DNA of 32,000 bases, from positions 2,940,001-2,972,000 of the forward strand of contig JAIZWK010000001.1 in assembly GCA_021498095.1 (NCBI GenBank), read 5' to 3'. Below the pieces are notes generated by a model that saw only the letters and a program-made list of their open reading frames with translations, ran no database searches and was not told where the DNA came from. Shown piece after piece: positions 17,912 through 29,100 of this stretch; position 1 is the first letter of the stretch, and the number at the start of each line of letters is the position of its first letter. Source of the DNA: Candidatus Harpocratesius repetitus. Its GTDB lineage: Archaea > Asgardarchaeota > Lokiarchaeia > Sigyniarchaeales > Promethearchaeaceae. The position numbers and the translations under genes were made by a program.

Positions 17912-18697
17912 GTGAAAATCGGATATATTCAGTTTAATCCTGTTTTTGGAGAAAAAGAAACAAATTTTCATACTGTAGAAAAAATAACTAAAGGAGTAAA
18001 AGCTGATTTACTGGTACTTCCAGAATTATTTGCTACAGGTTATACTTTCAATTCAAAAATCGAAGCGGAACAAATGTCGGAAAAACAAGGTGAAGAAACA
18101 ACCAATTTTTTGCAAGATCTTTCATCGTCTACTAGAGCTATTTTAGTTGGAGGATTCATTGAGAAAATTAATAATAAAATCTTTAATGCTGCTTTAGTGG
18201 TAAATGAGAAGCAAGTAATTGGCATATATGAAAAAGTTCATCTTTTTTACAAAGAGAAACTTTGGTTTGAGCCAGGTAATAGGGGATTTCAAGTCTGGAA
18301 ATTTCAGAACTGGAATCTTGGTGTGATGATATGTTTTGATTGGATATTTCCCGAATCTTGCAGATCACTCTCATTACAAGGAGCGGACATTATTGCCCAT
18401 CCTGCAAATTTAGTCCTTCCCTATTGTCAACGCTCTATGATAACCAGAAGCTTAGAAAATCGTGTCTTTACCATTACTGCGAATAGATTCGGTAAAGAGC
18501 ATCGTGGACAAGATAATTTTTCATTTTCTGGAGGTTCACAAATTACTGATCCAAGTGGAAATGTGCTCATTTCAGCAGAAAAAAATGAGACCAAAGTTGA
18601 TATTGTTGATATAGATCCTTCTGTAGCACATAATAAACAGATGAACGAATACAACAATCTTTTTAAAGATCGGAGAAATCAATATTATTTTTTATAA
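17912..18697 (+). CDS. Carbon-nitrogen hydrolase (nitrilase/amidase family)
   Basis: Catalytic triad motifs LPELF, YEKVHLF, ICFDWIFPE; ENRVF..TANRFG; GTG start with SD AAGGAGG. Confidence 0.92.
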   Translation: MKIGYIQFNPVFGEKETNFHTVEKITKGVKADLLVLPELFATGYTFNSKIEAEQMSEKQGEETTNFLQDLSSSTRAILVGGFIEKINNKIFNAALVVNEKQVIGIYEKVHLFYKEKLWFEPGNRGFQVWKFQNWNLGVMICFDWIFPESCRSLSLQGADIIAHPANLVLPYCQRSMITRSLENRVFTITANRFGKEHRGQDNFSFSGGSQITDPSGNVLISAEKNETKVDIVDIDPSVAHNKQMNEYNNLFKDRRNQYYFL

Positions 18698-18700
18698 CTA

Positions 18701-18744
18701 TTTTTTGACACTTTTTTGAAGCTTTTTTGATATTTTTTTGAATC
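18701..18744 (+). repeat. 11-bp phased T-tract repeat just after the nitrilase stop
   Basis: TTTTTTGACAC TTTTTTGAAGC TTTTTTGATAT TTTTTTGAATC. Confidence 0.85.
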
Positions 18745-21428
18745 GTTTAAATCTTAATGAAAAAAGATTCAGTATTAAGCGATTTATTTTTGTTTTTGCA
18801 AATTCTTTTATGGAAAAATCACCAAATGATCAATATATAATGCCAACCATTCATCTTGAAAAATCGGCTCAATCTTTAATGCTAAATTTTGGTGATCATG
18901 CCATAAATTTTCATCTTCATAATGATATAATTTATTTTTCTCTTCAAAATAACTCTATATCTTTAATGGACTGTACTGGTGCTATTTTTCTGCAGAAAGA
19001 TCGAAAATTATTCAAGTTAATTCCATCTATCATTAATAATTCCTTAGCTACTACTGAAATTATAGATTTTGATAACGAAATAGGAACTGGTAAGCAAATT
19101 CAATTAAAATGTTATTTTAAATCCTTGGAAGATTTAACACTGGAGCTTCCATGTCGATGGCGCTTTCAATTTTATACATATCGAAAAAATGGTCTAAAAT
19201 TTAATTCCAATCCTATTTTTTTAAGTATTCAGATATTACTGGATTTAATTCCAACTAAGTTAGCATCTTATGGATTATATGCTTATGCACCATTATATTG
19301 TGAAAATAACGGAACACTACATTTAATACAAGAAAATAAGATTCAAAATCCAGAGAATATCACTTTCTTTTCAAACGGATGGCAGTCTTGGTCGAATAAT
19401 TATTTACTTACCTATTATGATAAATGGACATCATCACCTGTTAAATTGGCGCGCATTAACATGGAAAATCAAGAAAAATTACTTAAGGGAAGATACCAAA
19501 CTGAATGGCACACAGTAATTTCTGATATAACAAGTCAATCGAACTTAATTCTTGCTTTCATTACTCTTAAAGATCAATTCTCTCGAATTGTAATGAATCG
19601 TCTCAAATCTGAAGGAAAAATCGAATGGTTATGCGCTTATTCACAATGTGATTCAATTATCCTTCAAGATTTGAATGAAGGTTTGCGTAAATCGGAAACC
19701 TTGATGGTTTCTTTAAATAAAACTCCTGAGGCTTATGAAATCCTAACAGAAATCTGCAGAATTGGGGGATCAATTGCCAAAAAACCAAATGCGGATAAAA
19801 TTTTAACAGGGTGGTGTAGCTGGTATTATTATTATACTAAAGTTAAGGAAACAGATGTAATTTCGAATTTAGAGTTCTTTAAGAACAATTCAGATTATCC
19901 TATAGATTTAATCCAGTTAGATGATGGTTATCAAACAGCTATTGGAGATTGGGGAACGCAAAATTCCCTGTTTAATTCAAAATTTCCTCATGGCTTAAAA
20001 TGGTTAGTAGAGAAAATTCATCAAACATCATTTCAGGCAGGACTTTGGATTACACCCTTCTTTATGACAAAAAATTCAGAATTCTTTCAAAAACACAATG
20101 AATGGATGCTGAAAAATAAAAAAAATAGGCCTGTATCGACTGCTTTCAATTGGGGTGCAAACCAATATGCTATTGATCTTAGCCGCCCTGAGGTCTTAAA
20201 TTATTTAACTAATCAAGCCCGAACTATATCTCATGAATGGGGTTTCGATTTTCTAAAAATCGATTTTTTATATGCTTCAGAAGCAGTTGATTTCATTTAT
20301 CATAATCAAAAATATTCACGCGCTCAAATTCTCAGAAGAGGTTTACAATCAATTCGAAATGGATTTGGAGATGCAAAGAAGATATTAGGATGTGGCTGTC
20401 CTCTTGGTCCCGCTGTAGGAATGGTTGATATTATGCGTATAGGACCAGATACGGCCGCAAGTTGGTTTAAAAACGAATTTTTGTTTTATAAAGTGGCAAA
20501 AATTTCGGTAACATCCTTAAAAGCTGCCTTAAAATCAACAATTCAACGCTCCTATATGCATAATACGTGGTGGATTAATGATCCCGATTGTGTTATTGTC
20601 AGAGAAAATCGATCCCAACTAACAGAAGCTGAAATTCAGTTAGAGTTAACCATTTTTGGTTTAAGTGGAGGACAAATCTTAATTTCTGATGATGAGAAAC
20701 GTGTAAGTCGAGAACGTCTGGATCTTTTAAACCGATTATTACCACCTTATTCACATTCATTTAAAAAATTAACACAAAATAAGGTAATTAAAAGAACAAA
20801 TCAAGATCAAGCAATATTGCCTGAATCAACTCCATTAGATTTATTTTCATCTCAATATCCTTCCCTTTTTGCTAAAACAATTGATATCTATAATATTTCT
20901 GCATCAAAGAGGCATTTAATATGCGTGATCAACTGGAATAACCATAAATCAGATAAGACATACTATCTAAATCAACTAATTATCTATAAGTACCATTGTT
21001 TATATAAAAAAGGGCAGCAATTTGTTGTTTTCGATTATTGGAATGAAGAAATACTAGGAATTTATAAATTTGATGAAAAAATTTTGTTGCAATCCATTCC
21101 CAGACATGGTTGCAAATACTTAGCATTAATTCCTCTTATTCAAGTCGAATCTTTTCCTTTATTTATTTCATCTACCATTCACATCTGTCAAGGTGTATTA
21201 GAAATTAAAAGAATAGAATTAAACGAAAAAAGTGGGGCAATGATAATCAATTTGGAAATACCAGGAAAACATGCAGGTGATCTATATTTCTTTGCTAAAG
21301 AAAAATTCTCCGTTCCATCATGTACTCACACAATTACAAAAAAGCAGACAAAATGGGGTTTTATTTATAAAATTCATGTATATATTGAATATTCAAGCAA
21401 AATTGAAATTGTTTGGGAAAGAAGATAA
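18738..21428 (+). CDS. GH36-type alpha-galactosidase (real start probably ATG 18810 or 18840)
   Basis: GWCSWYYYY, IQLDDGYQ, SKFPHGLK, GLWITPF, FLKIDF (nucleophile), MRIGPD (acid/base), WINDPDC. Confidence 0.88.
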   Translation: MNRLNLNEKRFSIKRFIFVFANSFMEKSPNDQYIMPTIHLEKSAQSLMLNFGDHAINFHLHNDIIYFSLQNNSISLMDCTGAIFLQKDRKLFKLIPSIINNSLATTEIIDFDNEIGTGKQIQLKCYFKSLEDLTLELPCRWRFQFYTYRKNGLKFNSNPIFLSIQILLDLIPTKLASYGLYAYAPLYCENNGTLHLIQENKIQNPENITFFSNGWQSWSNNYLLTYYDKWTSSPVKLARINMENQEKLLKGRYQTEWHTVISDITSQSNLILAFITLKDQFSRIVMNRLKSEGKIEWLCAYSQCDSIILQDLNEGLRKSETLMVSLNKTPEAYEILTEICRIGGSIAKKPNADKILTGWCSWYYYYTKVKETDVISNLEFFKNNSDYPIDLIQLDDGYQTAIGDWGTQNSLFNSKFPHGLKWLVEKIHQTSFQAGLWITPFFMTKNSEFFQKHNEWMLKNKKNRPVSTAFNWGANQYAIDLSRPEVLNYLTNQARTISHEWGFDFLKIDFLYASEAVDFIYHNQKYSRAQILRRGLQSIRNGFGDAKKILGCGCPLGPAVGMVDIMRIGPDTAASWFKNEFLFYKVAKISVTSLKAALKSTIQRSYMHNTWWINDPDCVIVRENRSQLTEAEIQLELTIFGLSGGQILISDDEKRVSRERLDLLNRLLPPYSHSFKKLTQNKVIKRTNQDQAILPESTPLDLFSSQYPSLFAKTIDIYNISASKRHLICVINWNNHKSDKTYYLNQLIIYKYHCLYKKGQQFVVFDYWNEEILGIYKFDEKILLQSIPRHGCKYLALIPLIQVESFPLFISSTIHICQGVLEIKRIELNEKSGAMIINLEIPGKHAGDLYFFAKEKFSVPSCTHTITKKQTKWGFIYKIHVYIEYSSKIEIVWERR

Positions 21429-21445
21429 AAAAATGTTTTATTATT

Positions 21446-21856
21446 TTATTTTACTTTTAGGATTTTTTTTACAATTGGAGTAAATTCTTCAAATTCATAG
21501 ATATTTCCGTTCCAATTTTTCATTGTTTCTGGAGTTATGAATTTTTCAAAGGCGTCAATAATAGCAGTCAGAATTTGATCAATTTTTTTTTCCTTCAATT
21601 TTGTTTCTTTACCTGCAATAAATACATAATAAAGTGGCATTTTTTTTCCAATTCTTAACATAATTCGTAATTTACCAAGTTCAAATGTTGAAATAAAATC
21701 ACCACTAGCCATACGTGCGAATTGTAAAACACCTGTAAGGTAACTGGCGGTTAATAACATTGATTGATCTTCTTTATTTTCTGTTTTTGTTGTACAGAAA
21801 TAAAATAAAATTTGACCACCGCGATCTAGAATGTATAATTCTTGTCGTTTGCTCAT
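21446..21856 (-). CDS. Stand-alone longin-domain protein
   Basis: ELYILDRGGQILF beta-hairpin, ASYLTGVLQFA helix, three strands, C-terminal helices ending WNGNIYEFEEF..IV; 136 aa. Confidence 0.7.
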   Translation of the reverse strand: MSKRQELYILDRGGQILFYFCTTKTENKEDQSMLLTASYLTGVLQFARMASGDFISTFELGKLRIMLRIGKKMPLYYVFIAGKETKLKEKKIDQILTAIIDAFEKFITPETMKNWNGNIYEFEEFTPIVKKILKVK

Positions 21857-22042
21857 TGTAATACTCCGATATTTGTACCTAGTTAAATTTTTGTTCTATT
21901 TAAATATATTTTTCCTAATTATCGTGGATTTTTCGCATTTTTCTGAATTTTACAATTATTTAATAAATTACTAATCAAAAAAGATTAAACAAAAAAGTAA
22001 TATTTGAAAAATATAAAAAAAGCAAATTAGCAAGCTTAACAA

Positions 22043-23185
22043 TTAATCAGCTACAGAAATATCTTCACTGGAAGATTCTTTCTTAGTTGTTTCATAGGTC
22101 TTCTTGAAAATATAATATTGATCCTTCAAAGTATCTAAAGCCATTAAAAGGACTTGCTCATTTTGAGATTTTTCACGATATTGTTTTCGAATAGTGTCTA
22201 CCAGATATTCTGGATAAATTGGTTCGAGTTTAAAGTCACAAGTAAGACAATAATATTCATTTCCATTTGTATCTTGAAAAACTGCAATCATTTTATTTTC
22301 CCACATGATTTTCAAGACTTGATCCACATCATCTACACCCTTTTTACGAAGTTTTTCCAAATCATTACGGGTAACAATAGCTTCACGTAGTAGTTTCAGA
22401 ACTTCATAAGCAGGAGGATTCAAAATAATCTCTTCAATAATCTTAAGATTATCTGCTTCACTTGGGATGTAATTTGTAAAGAAATGTCTGACTTCAGTCT
22501 TATACATATCTACTAAAGTTTCAGGAAGATGTCTATCTACAGGGTCTTTCAATAATTGAATTGGTGGGAGCCGAAATATGGCAAGATCTTCGATCAGAAA
22601 CACCAAATCGGATGAAATTCCCTTTACTGAAACGACTTTAACCATACCATTTTTTACCAGTGATGCAATAACATTTTCGGAATCAACCAGACCATCCCGA
22701 TAAACATCTCGTAACCAAACCGCGAGTTCTGATTTTGGGATAGCCACTTCTTGGTGTAACCGATTTATTATCAAACGTTTTATCTCATTATTTATGATTG
22801 ATGCATAACGTTGTTCTTGAGTTAAAGTGGGGTAAACAGATAATCGTTGGAAATAAGTCGGCAAAATTTGTTCTAAATTTGGAGTTCCAATATTAGTTAG
22901 AATCTGCCGAGATATTTCTATCATCCCTTCTTCAAATGAATCAGGATCTTCAGTCGTTAACAATAAAAGAATCACATATATAGAAGATTCAGGACCAGTA
23001 TAATAAGAAGCAAGGTTAATTGGTCCTGCTGTTAGTGAAACCATACCTGCTTCTCCAGTAAACTCATGTTGCGAATATAATTGCATCATGGTTTTTTCTT
23101 CTAAATTGATTCCTTCGGGATATGTTGCAACGATTTCAACACCTGTTCGTTCATCCCAATGCATGATAACCATTCCACTTGGCAT
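22043..23185 (-). CDS. uDENN/longin-like N-terminal domain plus two winged-helix-like domains (NPRL2/DENN-like)
   Basis: GMVIMHWDERTGVEIVATYP start resembles the uDENN F/W-D-xx-G-P hairpin; two later helix-helix-helix-wing segments (KSEL...SLVKNGMVKV; RNDL...IMWENKMIAV). Confidence 0.6.
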   Translation of the reverse strand: MPSGMVIMHWDERTGVEIVATYPEGINLEEKTMMQLYSQHEFTGEAGMVSLTAGPINLASYYTGPESSIYVILLLLTTEDPDSFEEGMIEISRQILTNIGTPNLEQILPTYFQRLSVYPTLTQEQRYASIINNEIKRLIINRLHQEVAIPKSELAVWLRDVYRDGLVDSENVIASLVKNGMVKVVSVKGISSDLVFLIEDLAIFRLPPIQLLKDPVDRHLPETLVDMYKTEVRHFFTNYIPSEADNLKIIEEIILNPPAYEVLKLLREAIVTRNDLEKLRKKGVDDVDQVLKIMWENKMIAVFQDTNGNEYYCLTCDFKLEPIYPEYLVDTIRKQYREKSQNEQVLLMALDTLKDQYYIFKKTYETTKKESSSEDISVAD

Positions 23186-26100
23186 TTAAAATCCTCCTCC
23201 TTGTTTTTGGTCTTCAGAACCAATTTTAGATTCCATTTTGACAGCTTTTGGACCTTTTAAGTCTAAAATATCTTCTAAATCTAGATCAAGGAATTTCCAA
23301 GCATTTCCATACTTATCAGCAAGAAGTTCGTGATAACTACGCATAATTGGGTCATCACTTATTGTTGCATTTTTACTTATTTCCTTCATAGTCTGATCGA
23401 TCTTCTTAATTGTTTCAGGAATTCTAAGATATCGAATATACTTTGTGCTACCAACAATAGCAATTGCAATTAAAGCTACACTTCCACCAATATATACGAA
23501 TATTTTCGGAATATGAGTACCTGCAATTACATATTCTGGAGGTGTTATTGAAATTGTGATAGTGTAGGGATTAATTGAATAGTTTGCTTTCTGGATGTAA
23601 ATTGTTGCAGAGTCAGTAATAGCAGAAATCAATGCATTATATTCATCAGTATCAGTTTTAATAATATATTCATATACTCCAGGCTGTTTCTCTTCAAAAG
23701 AATATGTTTTTCCTCTATAATTCATAGTAACAGTAGCATTTGTCAATGGTTGATTATTATTCACTGGATCTGTCAAAGTTAATTGGATGATTATATCTTC
23801 ACCTTGTGGTTGGGATACTACATTATCTTGTAACTCCGATGGAACTGCCAATTTTACAGGTTTTGGTTCGATTTGTATTGTGATTGAACCAGCTCGTTCT
23901 AGATAATTTGCCTTACCCATATGAATTATCAAAAGGTAAGTACCAATTGATCTATTTGCAGTATCGAAATCTAAAAGATAGATTCCATTCCCTAACTCTT
24001 GAAGCTGACCGATTTGAGTTTCACCACTAACTTCCCATTCATAATAAGCTAAATCCGCATTTTCAATTCCATTTCCAATTGCATCTTCATAAGTAATCAT
24101 GAAAAGATGTTCTGTAGTTACATTTATCTTCAAAGTATTTTGTAAAAAGATGGAATTATTAATAGTTGTTTCAATTCGATTGATATCTACATAAATACTT
24201 AATGTTTGAGTTGTATATTGTGATTTAGCTGCTTGGATATGAATTGTATATGTTCCAACTCCGAGGAATTGGGTTGAATTGAATGTTATTTCATAATGAC
24301 CGCTACCTGTATGAATTAAATCTCCAGTAAAATCGGCAATCTGTCCTACAGAATATGTAATTAATGCATTTGTAATTGGAATGTCATTTACAAGATCTTC
24401 ATATAGAATACTAATGGTGAAATTTTCATTCCAAGTCAAGGAATAATCAACAGAATAATCACTCGTCATGTTAGTTGTTACAGTTAGAACATTTACTGTA
24501 ATTAGAACTTCACGAGCACCATAAGTCGATTTAGAGGCAGAAATAATAAATGTATAAGTGCCAGTTTGTTCTAAAAGTGTACTTGAAAATTCAATTAGAT
24601 AAATCCCAGATCCTTGGCCGATTAAGTTCCCAGTAAAACTAGAATCATCTGTAAGAGTATAAGTAACAGAAGCATTATTTATTGCTACAGGGTTATTCAA
24701 ATTTGTAACATTCATATATTGAACCTGAAGTATAATATTTTGTGTCCAATAGAGTGTGATTTCTTCATTTGAAGCATTAAGTTGAGTTGGAATTAAACCA
24801 ATATCAACAATTATGCTTAATTGTTTCGTTTCATATTGATTCTTCGTTGCAGTGACCAAAAATGTAAAAGTCCCTTGTCCAAAATCGTCAGCATTCAATG
24901 TAATATTGTACCAACCACTCCCAGTATGAGAAATTACTCCTGTATCAGAAAAACCATTTGGTCCTGTAACTTCATATGAGACAGTTGCATCAGATGTAAT
25001 TGGTATAGGAGTTCCTGTTTCATTGTTTTGATAAAGTAAAGCGAGAGTAAAGGAATTACCTAATTGAACTACGATTGATTCATCTACTGCAGTTAATGAA
25101 GTCGGGATAGTTGCAACTTCGACTGTAATAGTTAAGTTACGTGTTAAATAATGGTTTTTCTGAGCAATAATGTTATATACATATGTTCCTTTCTCTGGTA
25201 AATCTTCAGATGGATTAAAGGATTTTAAATAAACTCCATCGCTTAAATGTGTTAAAAATCCAGAACTTGTATATCCATTAGGACCAATTACAGTGTACGT
25301 AATTGTTCCATCAGTTATTGGAACAGTACTTGCTCCATGAGTATCTTCAAATGTACAATTTAATATATAATCATTTTCCCAAGCAACTGAAATCAATGTG
25401 CTTTCTGGTGTCAATCTTGTGGTGATTTGTTTTACATTTACAATAATGGAAATTCGCTGAGTTTCATATTCAGATTTACTTGCTTCAATTTGGATAGTAT
25501 AAGATCCTGTGGTTCCAAACATAGTTGAGCTGAAATCTTTTGAGTAATATCCGTTGCTTTGGAAATCTAAGGTACCTACAAGACTATCCATTCCAGAAAC
25601 ACTATAAGATACAGATGCATCTGTTGAGATCGGGATTGGATTTTGCGAATCGGAAACATCTTCATATGTGACTCCTAGAGTGAAAAGCTCTCCCCAATAT
25701 ATATCAATGGTTGTTGCATCAGGAGTTAAACTAGTTTGTACAATTGCTATGTCAACAGAAATTGTGAGAACTTGAGTTTCATATTGATTTTTTGTAGCAG
25801 TGACTACAAAAGTATATGTTCCCGCTTCAGGAAAAGTATGATTCTCTGCACTATATGTTATATTATAATCACCATTTCCTGTGTGGGATAACTGAGTATG
25901 ATTTTCATAACCATTTGGTCCTGTAAAATCAACAGATACATTTCCATCTGTAATAGCTACAGCCGCACCTCTAATATCCATAAATGTTGTTGAGATTGTA
26001 AAACTTTCTCCCCATGTTATTGCAATATTAGATTCTGGAGTAGTAAACTCTGTAGGAACAATTGATATATCAACAGTTATCCATACTTGACTTGTTTTGT

Positions 26101-29100
26101 AAAATTCCTTTTCTGCTAAAATTTGGAAATTATATTCACCTGCTTGTCCGAAATCAGTACTATTTAAGGTAATGCTGTAAATTCCAGGAGTTGCAGTTTC
26201 AGTCAATGGATGCGGTGTAAAAGTTGGATCTCCGAAAATATAATAATAGACATCGGCCCCACTTATTGCATAATTATTTACAACATCTGTATAATTTATT
26301 GTAAATGTAAAGTTCTCTTCCCAATAAAGTTCTATAGGATCAATGTAATCTGCACTGTTAATTGAAGTGTTTATCTCTTTAATAATTAAATCAAATGAAA
26401 GCGTCTGAGAACTATAATTCACATGACTAACATCAAAATTTATTTGATATTGTCCCAAACTTGCTACTTTAGATGTGTTTATTGAGAAGGTATAGTTTGT
26501 ATATCCACCACCACTTACTTCACTCATAGCTTGATTTGAATCATAATCCCAATCAATGGTTGCGGTGGCGCTGCCGACATCTGCAGAATTTGCTTGGTAA
26601 ACTAAAGTGACAGAGACTTGAGTACCATAATAAACTTCAAGAGTAGAACCTATAAGAGATGATTCAGTATAGACCGCTGCAGTTGTAGCAATGGGATTAA
26701 TTGTTATTGTTTTTACAAGAGGTGTTGGATCTCCGCCATATCCTGTAGTCGATGCCCAAACACTCAATTGAAAAACATTACTTGCTTCATCCACCGAAAT
26801 TCCATCCTTTTCAGGATTGATTTGAATACGATAAATTCCAGTACTTATTCGAGTAACACTTGCATTATAATAAACTTCTTGTAAGGTTTCTACATTTTCT
26901 AAACGAACTCCTACTGAATCAGCATTAAATAATGTAGCTGGATTTGTTTTATAAGAAACAGATACATTTATGTCAAAGGATAGTGTGCTTGAAAAATCGA
27001 AGTTGGTTGGAATCGCTGTGATATTTGTAAGATATGTTTGGTAATCATCAGGGTATATAGAGACATTAAATGTAACCTCATTATATCCAGCTAAAGTAAA
27101 ATTATAGGAATCCACAAAACTTCCAGTATCACTAGCATTTTTAAAAGTTTTTTGACTTCCGCCATAATAAACATAAGCGGTATAGTTTCCCTGTGAAGGT
27201 GATCCATCTTTCAACTTATACCAAAAATTGAATCCAAATGAATCTTGAGCAACACCAAGTTCATCACTTGTTAAATTAACTAATGAAACACCATTTTGAA
27301 CAATTTCTACCATTGCACCTTCAATATTAACTCCATCAGGATCAACTACAGTAATTTTTTGCTGAGCAATAGGGATTTCTACATCTTTTACATAAGTTTC
27401 CTGTAATTCCATATAAATTTGACCATATTGAACAATATTTGAATCATTATGAGTGCGAATCTTGATATTTAATCCATAAATTGGTTTAACATAATTCCAG
27501 AGATAATATTCTTCTGACCAATCTTTGACATTATTTCCAGTAAAATCTTCAGTGTATGTTTTTAGTAGATTAAATCCACCTTGATTATCTAAACCATAAA
27601 CATCAACTCTAGAAATATATGAACTAATATTAGAGAGAGAAATATTCCACCAATTTATCGATTGGTCACCGATTTGATTAATAGAAGTCCCAGTAGTTCC
27701 ATTTGCATAAATGAACCATTGATATTCATAATCTCCACCGGTTAAATCAGTTGGAACACTTGCATTTAGATCATGAGTTGCTTCAGTTAGTGCTTGTTGA
27801 TCTAAGGAACTATTAAGAATAGGTGTAATTGATGGGTTGTAATTAGTATTTTGATAATCAATAGAGAAATTATATTCATTTCCAGGATTTCTATTTAACC
27901 AAATTGCAGTCGCTTCACCAGAACCGTCTAAATTATATTCAGCAAGATTTGAAGTATCACCCCATGTTCCTTCATAAAGTGTTAGATTTCCAAGACTTAC
28001 GGGGTTATTATCTACATCATGTACTTTGAAATGAATTTGCCAGAGATCTGAATCAATAATAAATGTTTCCCTAGTATTATTAATTGTAACTGTCCCTGAA
28101 AATATTGAATGATTCCCAAATTGATTTTGGATTGAAACATTTAAGTTGTAGGTTGAAAAATCAAGATCTGCAAATTGTGCTGTTCCATCAGATGAACTTA
28201 TTAAGATTTCAGAATAATCCCCTGGACCGTTTTTATTATCTAGTATCACACCTAAATTGGAAATTGGATACTTATCAACATCATAAACTTGAATTGTAAG
28301 ATCTGGTGGCTTAATTTGTGAGGAATAAGTTGAAATTTCAGGTGCAGCTGCAAGTATACGAGAATCATATGCACCAAAAATATTTGTCATTTGACTAGAA
28401 TAAACATAATAATTTCCGATATAATATCCTTCTTCAGGACTTTGCCATTCGGGATTTGTCATATCAGATTGTTCCCAAACTGATATCCGCCCATCATAAT
28501 ATGTACTTGTATCAGGTCCACTATAACAATTAGCAATTATTTCCATCATTCCATCGTTGTCTGGATCGCCAAATCTTGGAAATGTGATTCTTGAATACAA
28601 AACATCTTCTTTATACCATTCTATTTGTCCTAAATTGATTGAATTATCTCCCTCAACTTCATAAACTCGAATAGTAGTTGAATTTGTATTCTCACTATTT
28701 CCCATTAATACTTCCATATTACCATCATTATCCCAGTCTGCAACATCAGAAACAATACCATTTGGTGTATTTGTTATAAAATTAGCTTTCCAATCTAGTG
28801 CAGTTCCATTCCATTCCCATAAATGAATATAACCATAATAATTTCCACCTAGTAAAACCTCAATTTTTCCATCAAAGTCAATATCTTCAGCAATTATTGA
28901 ATAAACATATCTAGGAATATGTCGATCAGTGTTATTACTTGTATAACCATACCAATCATAAGAACTCGTAGTAGTATTATATAGAAAATATCCAAATCCA
29001 TAATTTCCTGCATAATTACCTACTACTATATCCATCCAACCATCATTGTTAAGATCAACTAAAGATGCATGCATTATTCGATATGGAAGAATTAAGCGAT

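Noticed and set aside
23189-23510. Classical short CTERM/PGF-CTERM sorting signal on the giant protein
   Set aside because: No PGF-type motif, and the post-TM tail is about 85 aa rather than a few basic residues.
1722-28299. Short opposite-strand or alternate-frame ORFs in the track (1722, 2973, 3777, 7325, 8978, 11275, 15841, 17643, 18040, 18183, 18427, 21271, 22154, 28105)
   Set aside because: All overlap well-supported genes and show no recognisable motifs; treated as shadow ORFs.
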